Source: a virus (Duplodnaviria; Caudoviricetes). Taken from it: DNA of 47,746 bases. The stretch covers positions 1 through 47,746 of IMG/VR virus record IMGVR_UViG_3300048444_000079, one strand, 5' to 3'. Below, one piece after another: positions 18,731-29,600 of the stretch. The number at the start of each line of letters is the position of its first letter. Position 1 is the first letter of the stretch. Made by a program: the position numbers and the translations under genes. A model generated the notes under the pieces. That model saw nothing but the letters and a program-made list of their open reading frames with translations, was not told the DNA's origin and made no database searches.

Positions 18731-20378
18731 TGATCTATCCCCAGTCCAAATGCGTGCAATGGCGCAAGCCCTTTCTGACATGGGTCGGTTTGGGGATACG
18801 CAACTTGTTCACGTAACACCAGAAGAAGTCGATCTACTGAAGAAGGTAGGCAACGGTACGCGAAACCCTGCCACTGGTCTCCTTGAGTTTAACGACTTCG
18901 ACTGGTCGGATTGGAATGAAGCCAATCCAGACTACGCAGTAGACACAAGTAACTCTAGCTCAAGTGTAACCACAACTAATACAGACGGTACAACTAACAC
19001 CTTCGGCGGCAACAACGATACAGACGATGACTGGCGTAACGGTAGCGGTTCGTTACTTACTACAGACCCAGAGACAGGTAAGACTGTTGGAGTTTCTGAA
19101 GCGGCTAATGGCGGCGAAGCAGGCATTGCTGGTCGTGGCGTACTAAGCGAGGCCCAGCGAGAAGCGAACAGAAAGCGTAACCCATTTGACCGTGACGGCG
19201 ACGGATCAATGTGGACTACCACAGATAGATTTGGTGCAACCAAAAACATCTTTGGTCAACAAATGAACATTACCTCTCAAAATGACAGTGGTTACATTTG
19301 GAATGCACTTGATGCTGATGGCGATGGCAGCTTTCTAACTGCCAACAACAACAGTTACGGCACAAACGCTCTCGTACAAGGCGATAGCACATTTTCGACG
19401 ATAGCAAATGTCGCGGCTCTCGTCTCCAATCCAGTAGGGTATTTAGGCGCAAAAGCAATCAACAACATCTTCGATAAAGACGGAGATGGTAGCATGTTCA
19501 CAAGAGGCGGCGTCTTTAACAATCCATTAGATGGAGGCGAGAATGCAACAAAATCTGTCAGCAGCACTACTACTATCACTGGGGGTGGCGGTGGTGGCTC
19601 TTCTAGCAATACACAAAGCCAAGAAGAAACATCGGCTGAAGGAGCAGACGACACAGCAGCCGACGGTTCAACGTACTCAGACGTAGTTGGCAACTTCCAG
19701 TACAACCAGAACCGATTTAACACACGCGCCGATGGTATGCAGTTCTTGAACTACGACTACAAAGGCGGCGTAGCGGACGTAGCTGGAAGCTATACTGGCA
19801 ACGTAAAGCCCTTCCAAATCGTACACTCTATGGAGGATGCAAAAGCATTTGCCTTCTCCGAGCAAGCTGCAAACTCTATCGACCAGATGATGTCCATGAT
19901 GCCAGCAGAAATATCTGACAGTCTTGAAGGCTCTATCCACACCTACCTTACAAAAGACGGAAACGTTGCGGTGATCTTAGGTACGGACGAAACGGGATAC
20001 GTCGAGGCGACTTACGCAGGTACGCAAGACGGTGCAAAGAACGCAATGAACGACATTGCGAACATGCTTGCGTATATAGAGGCAACAGGAGACACAAAAG
20101 TAGATGCAGGCTTTATGGGCCGAATGGCATCTGCCGAACGCTTTTCAGGCTACAAACTAGCAGACCTGCAAATGCTTCTTTCAAGCATCAATCAAGAACT
20201 AGAAATGTATGAGGTCGGCTCATCATCCTACCGCATGGCAATGGAGCGCAAAGACGAAGTCGAGCGCGAAATAGCACGTCGCAGCGGAGACGCAGCGACA
20301 TCAACAGCAGAGTATTCTGAAGCTGGCGTGACAACAGTTGTTGGTCAAACGGCTGCACAGCTTGTCAATTCAGCATAA
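18723..20378 (+). CDS. Putative internal virion (ejection) protein
   Basis: N-terminal GRFGDT..H...NPATGLLEF module and three DxDGDGS repeats; position after tail genes. Confidence 0.55.
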   Translation: MSNDLSPVQMRAMAQALSDMGRFGDTQLVHVTPEEVDLLKKVGNGTRNPATGLLEFNDFDWSDWNEANPDYAVDTSNSSSSVTTTNTDGTTNTFGGNNDTDDDWRNGSGSLLTTDPETGKTVGVSEAANGGEAGIAGRGVLSEAQREANRKRNPFDRDGDGSMWTTTDRFGATKNIFGQQMNITSQNDSGYIWNALDADGDGSFLTANNNSYGTNALVQGDSTFSTIANVAALVSNPVGYLGAKAINNIFDKDGDGSMFTRGGVFNNPLDGGENATKSVSSTTTITGGGGGGSSSNTQSQEETSAEGADDTAADGSTYSDVVGNFQYNQNRFNTRADGMQFLNYDYKGGVADVAGSYTGNVKPFQIVHSMEDAKAFAFSEQAANSIDQMMSMMPAEISDSLEGSIHTYLTKDGNVAVILGTDETGYVEATYAGTQDGAKNAMNDIANMLAYIEATGDTKVDAGFMGRMASAERFSGYKLADLQMLLSSINQELEMYEVGSSSYRMAMERKDEVEREIARRSGDAATSTAEYSEAGVTTVVGQTAAQLVNSA

Positions 20379-20411
20379 GGGACGACTTAACCACAACTAT
20401 CGTTGTAGATT
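20379..20411 (+). promoter_or_regulatory. Putative late promoter (GGGACGAC-N19-TAGATT)
   Basis: Motif copy directly after stop codon 20378. Confidence 0.65.
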
Positions 20412-20436
20412 ATCGGATAAGAAACAGGAGTAAGAC

Positions 20437-20685
20437 ATGGCTTTTTCAAACGAGGTTTTCGGACCGAACACAGGAACTTCAATCGCGAAGCGAAAAGAAG
20501 CGGCTGCTATAGGCGGAAAGATCGCAGATCAAGGCCGTAACGGTGACAGCATGGTTATCCACGCATCGCCATTCACAATTAAACTACTGTCAGACATTGG
20601 CGGTGCAGGCTCATTCAACCCAGAAACAGGTATGCTTGAGTTCTACAACCTAGACGACGTAGTCAAAAAGAAGATGGGCTACTAA
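20437..20685 (+). CDS. Small protein consisting mostly of the GRxGD...NPxTGxLEF module
   Basis: AGGAG RBS; paralogous to the N-terminus of 18723-20378. Confidence 0.75.
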   Translation: MAFSNEVFGPNTGTSIAKRKEAAAIGGKIADQGRNGDSMVIHASPFTIKLLSDIGGAGSFNPETGMLEFYNLDDVVKKKMGY

Positions 20686-20688
20686 CGC

Positions 20689-21114
20689 TTGGGCAAATGG
20701 AATGAGATGGTCGGGGCGGTCACACAGCTATACGCAAGTGACCCCTACTATAAATCTAAAAGCATCAACTTCCTTGCCGACGTTACGATCCCTGCTCTGG
20801 CCCTCAACCGATACAAGGTTTGGGTCAAGGACAAAAAACTTATTGGCTTTTGCGTTTGGGCATTTGCCACAGAGAAAGAGATAGAAGCAGATGATTGGAC
20901 GGGTGCAGAATTACTTTCCAAAAACGATGGGGAAGAAATACGTATCGTCCACTTCATGTGCCACGGCGGGAAGAGAGAAACGCTTTTGTTTGTGAACCAC
21001 ATAAGACGGACACTCTCCACACAGTACCCGCAGGTAAAGTTCGCAACTGCGAACAGACGTAAGCTGAATGGGTCAGTGCGCCCACACAAATGGTACAGAA
21101 AGGAAACGCAATGA
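20689..21114 (+). CDS. HlyC-like (toxin-activating) acyltransferase
   Basis: Pattern G.VT.L.AS.P.....I......PAL..N.Y.......IGFC.WA......G......F...G matches the HlyC/TAAT family; canonical catalytic His/Asp appear substituted. Confidence 0.65.
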   Translation: MGKWNEMVGAVTQLYASDPYYKSKSINFLADVTIPALALNRYKVWVKDKKLIGFCVWAFATEKEIEADDWTGAELLSKNDGEEIRIVHFMCHGGKRETLLFVNHIRRTLSTQYPQVKFATANRRKLNGSVRPHKWYRKETQ

Positions 21115-23201
21115 ACCGCTTCAGCCTTCTTAACCCTTTTATGCCCGTACTTTCTGTACGCCAAGCTGTTGTGTGGGATGACCCACCTTCTGGTGGGGGC
21201 GGAGGCAATGACGATCCGCCCAGCCCTGCGCCTGCGCCGTCACCATCGCCCGTACCATTTGACATTAACGACCAGTCTACTTGGAACCAACCAGCAGACA
21301 ACTCTGACGTATTCAATGATGACGTTCTTAACAATACGACGCCAAGTTATAGCTTTCCTGACGATGACCCAAGCCCTAATTGGAACGCAAGTAGCGAAGT
21401 AACAGCAGACCCAGCAGCTTGGGATTGGCCTGATGATGACCCATCGCCAACTCCAACATTCAACCCTGCGCCTGCGCCCGCACCATCTCCATCTCCAGAG
21501 CCATATGTTGCGCCATATCCTGACTTCGACATGAACGACCCGTCGACGTTTACACCTGCGCCAAGTACAAACTCTTTGGTCACAGGTACAGCGTCTCCAG
21601 AAAGCACAACGTTCTTCAACGAAAACACAAACAACGTAACACCTACACCTGATCCAAGTGACGACCCTGCGCCTAGTTCAAGTCCAATGACAGACACCAG
21701 TGAAGCTGTCACGGAAACCATGATAGTAGCTGAAAATGCTGGCGTGAGTGAGGCCGCAGTAAAACAAATCCTTGAAGGGGGTCTTTACGAAAGCGACGGT
21801 CAAAACTTGGTTCTGAAAAATAACCCAAATTTCATCTTCGCAAATGGTACGCTAGAGCCTAACCCTAATGCACCAGACAGCGATACGACAACTACAACGA
21901 CCAACACAGACGTTAACACCGACATTACAGACACGTCTTCTCTTGCTGGGGTAGCTAACGCTTCTGGCACTACAGTTAACGAGTTAACGTCTACAGTAGA
22001 CGCCGACACTGGCGAAGTATCGACAGCATCGACAACCGATACCTCAACACTTGAAGGCATCGCAAGTGCGAGTGGCGTTACAGTAGATGACCTTACTGCT
22101 GGACCGTTCTTCGACATGACAGACGGAGACATACTAAAGACCGCAACAGGTTCGCCATTTACTGGTGAGTTTGAAGGTACGCAGTACGTGAACGGTGTGC
22201 CAGTTGTTGACGATACTGGAGCGACAAGTACAACTTCCTCTGTTACAGAGCCAGACTACGACGCAAGTAGTGAAGTAACTCCGTTCACAGACCCAACACC
22301 TGGGGCTGACCCAGTGTCGTCGTCTGACCCAACATCCAACCCATTCCCTGATCCTAACCCTGATCCTAACCCTGACCCCAATCCCGATCCAACGCCAGAC
22401 CCCACACCTGACGGTGATACTGCAACTGCTGGAAACCAAAGCATTACAGTTCAGTACCCAGATGGAACAATAGTTACTGGTACGGTTGATGCGAACGGAA
22501 ACGTGTTCGATGCAGATGGAAACCAAATCGGTACGTGGGATGGAACCTCATTCACACGCAGCGACGGGACCACTGTGGAAGGCTCTTTGCAGTCAGTCAC
22601 CATCAGCATGAACGACGGCAGCACAGTAAGTGCATTCCTAGATGGAAACGGTAACGTCGTCGATGGAAATGGTAACGTTATCGGTTCAATCAATGACCAA
22701 GGTCAGTTTGTTCCAGCGGGTTCAGATGGAACTACAACAACTGAAGCAACAGGAACCGTTGACACTGGCTTTACGATTTCCAATGGCGTCATTTACGACG
22801 CAAACGGAAACATCATTGGCTACGAAGATGGCTACCAGACCGACACTGAAACCCTTGCTGAAAACCTAGAAAGTGCGACAGGTCAAAGTACAGCGGGCAT
22901 GAGCCGTGCTGAAATCATCGCTCTTATCGAAGAGTATATGAGCAGCTTCAACAGCGCGAACTACGACCCAGCCGCGTTTATGAATGCCTTCGGCTTTGCG
23001 CTAGACCCGAACTTCTCTGGTGCTGTAATACCATCGTTCATGTCTGGTGATAGCGGCGTCTATATGCGCCGTCTAGTGAAAGACCGTGACACTGGCGAAT
23101 GGCGTTACATCGACGTCCCAATCGGTGGAGCATTTAGTACAATGTCTGACAACCAGCGTATGCAGAGACGTCGCGGATTTGGCACTACGATTAACTTCTA
23201 G
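21111..23201 (+). CDS. Acidic Pro/Thr/Asp-rich repeat protein, putative virion/ejection protein
   Basis: AAAGGA RBS and ATGA overlap at 21111; multiple internal repeats. Confidence 0.7.
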   Translation: MNRFSLLNPFMPVLSVRQAVVWDDPPSGGGGGNDDPPSPAPAPSPSPVPFDINDQSTWNQPADNSDVFNDDVLNNTTPSYSFPDDDPSPNWNASSEVTADPAAWDWPDDDPSPTPTFNPAPAPAPSPSPEPYVAPYPDFDMNDPSTFTPAPSTNSLVTGTASPESTTFFNENTNNVTPTPDPSDDPAPSSSPMTDTSEAVTETMIVAENAGVSEAAVKQILEGGLYESDGQNLVLKNNPNFIFANGTLEPNPNAPDSDTTTTTTNTDVNTDITDTSSLAGVANASGTTVNELTSTVDADTGEVSTASTTDTSTLEGIASASGVTVDDLTAGPFFDMTDGDILKTATGSPFTGEFEGTQYVNGVPVVDDTGATSTTSSVTEPDYDASSEVTPFTDPTPGADPVSSSDPTSNPFPDPNPDPNPDPNPDPTPDPTPDGDTATAGNQSITVQYPDGTIVTGTVDANGNVFDADGNQIGTWDGTSFTRSDGTTVEGSLQSVTISMNDGSTVSAFLDGNGNVVDGNGNVIGSINDQGQFVPAGSDGTTTTEATGTVDTGFTISNGVIYDANGNIIGYEDGYQTDTETLAENLESATGQSTAGMSRAEIIALIEEYMSSFNSANYDPAAFMNAFGFALDPNFSGAVIPSFMSGDSGVYMRRLVKDRDTGEWRYIDVPIGGAFSTMSDNQRMQRRRGFGTTINF
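22346..22412 (+). repeat. Coding tandem repeat (PDPN/PDPT)n
   Basis: cctgatcctaac x2 followed by degenerate 12-bp units. Confidence 0.8.
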
Positions 23202-23211
23202 GAGATAAGTC

Positions 23212-24372
23212 ATGGATGAAATACTGGACCTGCTTGGTGGTAGCAGCGATACCATTCAAGGTCTTATGTCCATATACGGCATTTATGACAGCGTCACAAA
23301 TGCCAACGCAGCCGCAGGTAGCCTTGAAGGTCTTACACAAGACCAAATTGACCGACAAAACCAAATATCCGCCCTCTACACAGAGGGCGGTGACGTACTT
23401 CGTGAGAACATAAAAAACCTTCTCGCAGATTACGGCAGCTTTGGACAAGTAACACCTGACGTCGTCGACGCATTTACAGAATACTTTGCTAACCAACGCG
23501 CAGCAGAAGAAGCGAGTAACAAACTTACCGTCGACCAAATGACGGCAGAAGACAAAGCACGCTTAACTGGCTTTGAAGATGCGTACCGCGACTACATGCA
23601 GGGCATCATCGGCGGTTCGGAAACAGACGTGTACGCAGCAGACCGTTACGGCAAATCTACTGCACCCGACACGCTAGACTACGCACAGTTGCAAGACGAT
23701 CTGACAATGAAGTTCTACGGACTTCGTAAGCAAATGTCAGACCGCGCTCTAGCAGTACAGCAATCAAAAGTCACTGCCTCTTTGCCTGCTGGCTTGGAGA
23801 ACAGTACGCTCGCGGTGCAGGCGGCACGCTCCATGGCTGACCTTGCATCCGAGCAAGAAGGCCAAAACCTAATGGCGGCGATAGGCGACGCACAGAATTA
23901 TATCTCTGGCTTACAAAATGCTGCATCTAACCAGCAAAACATGACCAACGCTGAACGTAACATGCAGCGTAACCTACTCGCAGACGTACTTAACAATGCA
24001 GCTACAGAAGCAAACATTGAACTTACTGGTGGCGCGTATGGTCAAGACTTTGCAAGCAACATCAACTCCCAGCGCGGTGTCGCTATCGGTGAGTTAGGTG
24101 CATTGCAAGGCATGAGAAACAACACAGCTATTAGTGATTACCTGACAGGTCTAAATGCTACATCTGCTCAAAACACACTTGCGAACGACTACCTGACACA
24201 AGTGGGTCAAATCTCTACGTCTCCATACACGTACGCAGCAGGTGGTATGACGAACACTATAAACCCAGGAGCATCATTATCTGCACTAACAAACTTAACG
24301 AACCAGTACGCAAAAATAGCAAGCTCTAACATGGGCGGAGCAGGTGATTGGCTATCGAGCCTAAAAGTCTAG
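23212..24372 (+). CDS. Putative internal virion (ejection) protein
   Basis: AGGAG RBS; helical Ala/Gln/Asn-rich; position. Confidence 0.55.
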   Translation: MDEILDLLGGSSDTIQGLMSIYGIYDSVTNANAAAGSLEGLTQDQIDRQNQISALYTEGGDVLRENIKNLLADYGSFGQVTPDVVDAFTEYFANQRAAEEASNKLTVDQMTAEDKARLTGFEDAYRDYMQGIIGGSETDVYAADRYGKSTAPDTLDYAQLQDDLTMKFYGLRKQMSDRALAVQQSKVTASLPAGLENSTLAVQAARSMADLASEQEGQNLMAAIGDAQNYISGLQNAASNQQNMTNAERNMQRNLLADVLNNAATEANIELTGGAYGQDFASNINSQRGVAIGELGALQGMRNNTAISDYLTGLNATSAQNTLANDYLTQVGQISTSPYTYAAGGMTNTINPGASLSALTNLTNQYAKIASSNMGGAGDWLSSLKV

Positions 24373-24381
24373 GAGACACAG

Positions 24382-26595
24382 ATGTTTGAATTTGGTGCGT
24401 TCCGCAAAGGCTATGTCCAAGCAGAAGAACGGCATGAGAATAAGCGTGCGAAGAACGCGCAGTTGTACAACGACTTTGTTCGTAACAACCCAGACGCCAC
24501 GCTCGATCAGCGAGAAAAGTACGCATCCGATCTAGCTGGCGGAAGCGAGTACTTCCGTTCGATACTGCCAACGCAAGAGACAATGAAGACGAACGTAGAT
24601 CGTCGCCAAAAAGAACTTGCGGAAGCAGAACAGCAAAAGAAGCAACGCGCCATGCTTGACCAAATGACAATCATGTCAAAGGGCGCAGAACTTCTTACGC
24701 CTTACTACTTATCTGGCAACGCTGACGAAGGCATGTCATTCCTGACAGAACAATTTGGCGGTATGATTACTGACCAAATGGCACCGTATATACAGAACGT
24801 GGCAAAGAACAAAGCGCAGACAGAAGTTGATCGCATTTTGGGTGAGCGCATCACAACATGGCAACTAGCTGGCGCAAACCCTAACGACGTAGAAGGATTG
24901 TTCTCAGGCTTTGACGAAAGCATGACAAGCACTGCACGTCTAAAAGCTAATGGCATCGTGAAAGCCAAGCGCACAGACGCAGCCACACAGTTCGAGAACA
25001 CGCTTAAAAATGCTGCCAATGCTGGCGACGAAGACCTGTACAACAATGTCATCGAGAAGTCAGAGCAGAACAACCCATTCCTGACGCCAGAAGACAAGCA
25101 GTCAATAATTGCGAACAACCAGTCATTACTGACGGAAAGGCTTGCAGTTAAGACAAGAGAAGAAGACGCTAAAATAAGTGCAATCATGCAACAGGCTGAA
25201 ACAGCCATGCGTGAAAACAAGATCGTTTCAGAAGATGAAGTGCGTAAGTTTGTAGACAGCCTGTACAAACAAAATAAAATAGAGCGTCCAATCGAAGAAG
25301 CTGACATTGCAAAGATTGTCGAGAACAACCAAAAGTTCCGCGTTCAAATGCTAGACGCTGCTGAAGAACAAAACATCCAAAAGATGCGTACAGAGAACGA
25401 ACGCAATCGTAACCTTTCTATGGATGAAAAAGACCAGAAGGTTATCAATAACGCGTTTGATGCAGCATCATCCACAGTAGTTGACGCTGGCGCGGATGAA
25501 AAAGAAAACAAGGCTGCAAAGGCTGCATATGAGGCTGCGTTAAGAAAAGCCGTAGGCGAAGCTGTCACGACTTACGGGGTCAACGTAAATGATCCAAACG
25601 TTGCGGCTACTCTTATCGACGCAATCGACAGAGCTAAAAACGCAAGTGGCTTCATGGGTTCAAATGTTGTAGACCCACGCGACGTCGCTCGTGCAGTTCA
25701 CGAGGTAATGTCGTCACCAAGTGCTGGTGACAATCTTCAGGGTCTTGAGAGTGTTGCGTACCAGTACACGCTTGACGAGTTTGGCGTAAATAATCTGGAA
25801 GAAATACCAGCGGGCAGACGTACAGAGTTTCGTGAGAAATTCAAGAACAACCGTCAAGGCTTGTACACTGAAATGTTCGACAGCGTTGATCCTTCTATCG
25901 CCAACCTTAACCAACTTAGCACAACAATCGAGAGCGAAGTTTCTCGCATTGAGAAAGAGCTTGGTAAGATATTTGACGGTGACAACTCTGTTGCAATACA
26001 AAACCAGAAAATCTTGGAAATCCCTGTTGAGAACGTCATTGGTGACCCAACAATTCTCGACCATTGGAATGCTCGTATATCAATTTACAACGAGGTGTAC
26101 GAACTCGACCAAGCACTTGCTCGCCTTGAAGCAACAGAAAGAAGCTACTTGCAGTCTGTAGACAAAGGCGGCTTTGCAAGCCCAGATACAATAGATCAAG
26201 TTGGCAAGATCAGAGAACAGATAGGAAAAGTGAGAGAGTTGCGATCTAACCTAGAGGGTCAGCTTAATACTGTTTCTCAACAATACAACACGATCCAGCA
26301 GCGTATCATGGCATCTAAAGAGCAGGCCATAGAAAACAACGGCGACGGTTCGCAGTCTGACACGCTGGTACAAGACGCAGCAGTCAAGATCGGACTAAGC
26401 CAAGCAAACAGCACGCCAGAGGCTATCGAGGCTGAAATTATGCGCGTAGCTAACGAGATCGTAAACTCTACAGATCGTACGGCTGGCGTGTACGCTGGAA
26501 TGGGGCTTGGCTCTGGCATCATAGCCGCACGTCGCCGTGATGCACAAGTGGCAGAAGTTGCGAAGCAAATACGTGACGCAATAGGTAGTCAATAG
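24382..26595 (+). CDS. Putative internal virion (ejection) protein
   Basis: AGGAG RBS; long helical protein preceding the giant gene. Confidence 0.55.
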   Translation: MFEFGAFRKGYVQAEERHENKRAKNAQLYNDFVRNNPDATLDQREKYASDLAGGSEYFRSILPTQETMKTNVDRRQKELAEAEQQKKQRAMLDQMTIMSKGAELLTPYYLSGNADEGMSFLTEQFGGMITDQMAPYIQNVAKNKAQTEVDRILGERITTWQLAGANPNDVEGLFSGFDESMTSTARLKANGIVKAKRTDAATQFENTLKNAANAGDEDLYNNVIEKSEQNNPFLTPEDKQSIIANNQSLLTERLAVKTREEDAKISAIMQQAETAMRENKIVSEDEVRKFVDSLYKQNKIERPIEEADIAKIVENNQKFRVQMLDAAEEQNIQKMRTENERNRNLSMDEKDQKVINNAFDAASSTVVDAGADEKENKAAKAAYEAALRKAVGEAVTTYGVNVNDPNVAATLIDAIDRAKNASGFMGSNVVDPRDVARAVHEVMSSPSAGDNLQGLESVAYQYTLDEFGVNNLEEIPAGRRTEFREKFKNNRQGLYTEMFDSVDPSIANLNQLSTTIESEVSRIEKELGKIFDGDNSVAIQNQKILEIPVENVIGDPTILDHWNARISIYNEVYELDQALARLEATERSYLQSVDKGGFASPDTIDQVGKIREQIGKVRELRSNLEGQLNTVSQQYNTIQQRIMASKEQAIENNGDGSQSDTLVQDAAVKIGLSQANSTPEAIEAEIMRVANEIVNSTDRTAGVYAGMGLGSGIIAARRRDAQVAEVAKQIRDAIGSQ

Positions 26596-26626
26596 GGACG
26601 ATAAAAGTCGGCTCTCCGTTTAATCT
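26595..26626 (+). promoter_or_regulatory. Putative late promoter for the giant gene (GGGACGAT-N18-TAATCT)
   Basis: One-mismatch motif copy right after the stop codon. Confidence 0.55.
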
Positions 26627-26654
26627 GTGACCATCAGGTTAAATGGAGTACCCG

Positions 26655-29600
26655 ATGGCTGACAATGCACGCAGTATCCTTAGTGGTTCGTTTCGCAACC
26701 AACAAGACAATAACACACCCGACTATCTTTCTAAGAGTGGCTACGAGCTACTATCTGACCAAGATGCGATAGCCGAGGTTCGCGACTATTACGCAGCCAA
26801 CGGGGTATACTTTAATAATACCAGCGAGATGTGGGACAAGTTCTACACAGACAAACGCTGGAGCGATGTCAACTCTTTATCTATGGGCCTCGATGCAGTT
26901 GAGTTTGCCACAGGTGGTGACAGCGGTAGAGAAAAGCTATCCAGACTTTCAAAGCTATGGGCGCAAGCACCATCTCGTGGTGGCGTACTTGATAAAGTAA
27001 TCGACTACGGTGTTGCTGGTGTTGCTGACCCAATCAACCTTATTGGCGTTGGTGCTGGTGGCGCGGCTGTAAAAGCGGGCCAAGCGGCAAGGCTCGCAGG
27101 CAAGACACTAGAGCAAGCAGCCAAGGAAGCAACGAAAGCAGGCGTACGCAAAGCGGCGGCGGGCGAAGCCGCAATCGGTGCTGGCACTGGACTTGCGTTT
27201 GATGCAGCGCAGCAAGGCATGGAGATTGCGCAAGGCGTATCAGAAGACTTCGACGTGGCACGCTTGGCGGGTGCTGGCATCATAGACGCTGGCGTTTCTG
27301 GTTTAGCTGCTGGTCTCCTTGTTAAAGGCGGCTCAATGCTGGGCATAGGCGAAGTCGCCAAGGGCGTTGGTAGCTTGGGCGATTGGGACAACACACGTCT
27401 TGGCTCTATGCTGGTACAAGAGCAAGGCTACATAACTCGTGAACGCGAAGCGATTAGCGCATCTCTATCTGGCGTTACAGACCAGAACGAAATAGACACA
27501 GGTCAGGCAGCACTTGCAGACCTTACTATAGACGAGCAAAATATTGCCGCTGTTCAACAGTACGTCAACAACATGGACCTTGAGCTAGATGATCTAGCCA
27601 AGCGTTTCCAAGACGAAACAGCGAACGGCAACGCATCAGCCGCATCCCAAGTTAAACAGCAGTTCGACGCCCTAGCACAAAAGCGGGCAAGAGTTCTAAG
27701 TATGGAGCCAGACGAACTGTTCGCAAGCGGCGATGTGCAACTACAGCAGCGGGCAGATACGCAACCAGCAGATAGTACGCAAGGTACGGCACCCCAGGAG
27801 CAAACTGGTCAAACAACCTCCCAGGGAGAACCGAACCAAGAACCAGAGAGTACGCAAGATAGTACTCAAGATAGTACGCAAGTAGCTTCCGACACTGCCG
27901 ATGACAGCGGAAATTCTGAAACAGATTTAGAGCCGAACGGTAACGCGCCACAAAATGTTTCTGAAGAAACTATCGAATGGGACTGGGTCAACGACGAACA
28001 AAAAGCTAGAGTTGGAGAGCAACTAGGTCTTGATGGTGACGAGCTAGACGCAGAGATACAGCGACGTGTAAACGATGGATCGCTTAAAGTTACAAAAGGC
28101 GGCAAGCTATATCGTGATACTTACGCAAAACTAACAAAGTCTGCAAAAGCAGCAGATGAAGTATCCGAACCAGAAGTTGAAGCAGAGGCAGATCAACAGG
28201 TAGACGAAGCTTTACCAGAACAACCTAACGCCCAAGAAGAAGATGTAGCTGACGCAGCACAAAGCACTGACGGCAACACAGCCGCGTTCGATGAGGCTGT
28301 ACGCAAGTACGAGAAAATCATGGATATGTCCAAAGGCTCAAGCGAGTTTCTGGACAACATGGATGCCATCATTCGCGGTATGTTGGAAGAAGGCCAGATT
28401 GACGGTCAAGTTTTCCGCTATCTAAAGCAACTTCTAGGGATGCACGCAGACGCAGACAGTCGAGGCATCAACGTCGCTAACGCTGACGAAGTCGTGAAGA
28501 TGCGCCGTGAGTTCTTAGAACGTGAGCAAACATTACCAGACATTAAAGGTGAAACAAAAACCATTGAGGGCCGCACAAGTGGTGGAGCAAAGGTTACAGT
28601 AGATGCATCAACAGATGACGCCACAGCCAAGCGTTCTGCTGGAAGTACAGCAAAAGCTCAAGACGCGCTTGAAAAGGGCGTTAAGACTGCTGGTACAACA
28701 GAAGTTGTAACATTCGACAAGAAGACAGGTGAGCGCATTGTTACGTCTGTGCCTCAATCCTTCTTACGCAGAGGTTTTGAAATTGGTGACGGATACACTG
28801 TCATTAACGCTAAAGATAGGTTCCCGAAACAAAGACTGACGCTAGACATACTTCGCGAGCTTGCAAAAAAAGAAGGCACAAAAGCACGCAATGTATACGC
28901 ATATCGTGCTGTCGGCGGTGAGACTGTCATCGGTAAAAAAGGCGTTAACAAGCGTGCAGGTAAAGCAGCAAAGGGAGAGACGGTTTTCTACTCCCCTCGC
29001 CTAGACAAAGTGTACGCAACAGAAGAAATGGCTATGAAGGCCATGGGCCTGAAGGTTGGCAGCAAGACAGCAAAGACAACTGTCAGCAAAGCAGAGCCAG
29101 AACCAATGACATCGACGGAGGCAGTCGAGGCTCGTGATGGCGCGTTCGAGAAGTTTAAGAAGACTGGCTCGCTAGAAGATTTAGAAAAAGACATCGAGAC
29201 CGTAGACGCTGCAACAGGTCAAACCGCACAGAAAGCAGAGAAGACCGTAAAGCAGGGCGGCGAGGTCAAGCGCGACGACATCCCTGACATCCCACGCGAA
29301 CGCGACAACGGCAAAATCTTTGCAATGATCCCACGCGAGGTTGGCAAAAAAGGCACGTGGTTCCGTAAAATATCACCGAAGCAAACAGACCCACGCCAAG
29401 TCATCGCACGTGCAAACCTAGACGACTATTATCTTGGGTACGTTTCTCCGAACATGACAGCCAAAGACCGCAAGAAGTTACTTGCTGACTTTGAGCCATT
29501 TGGGGAGGGCAACGACCCATATGAAAATCCGCTAGAAAAAGACGTTGAAGTCATTAAGTACCCATTGTCAGAGCAAGAAGCTCGCGATATGCGTATCGAA

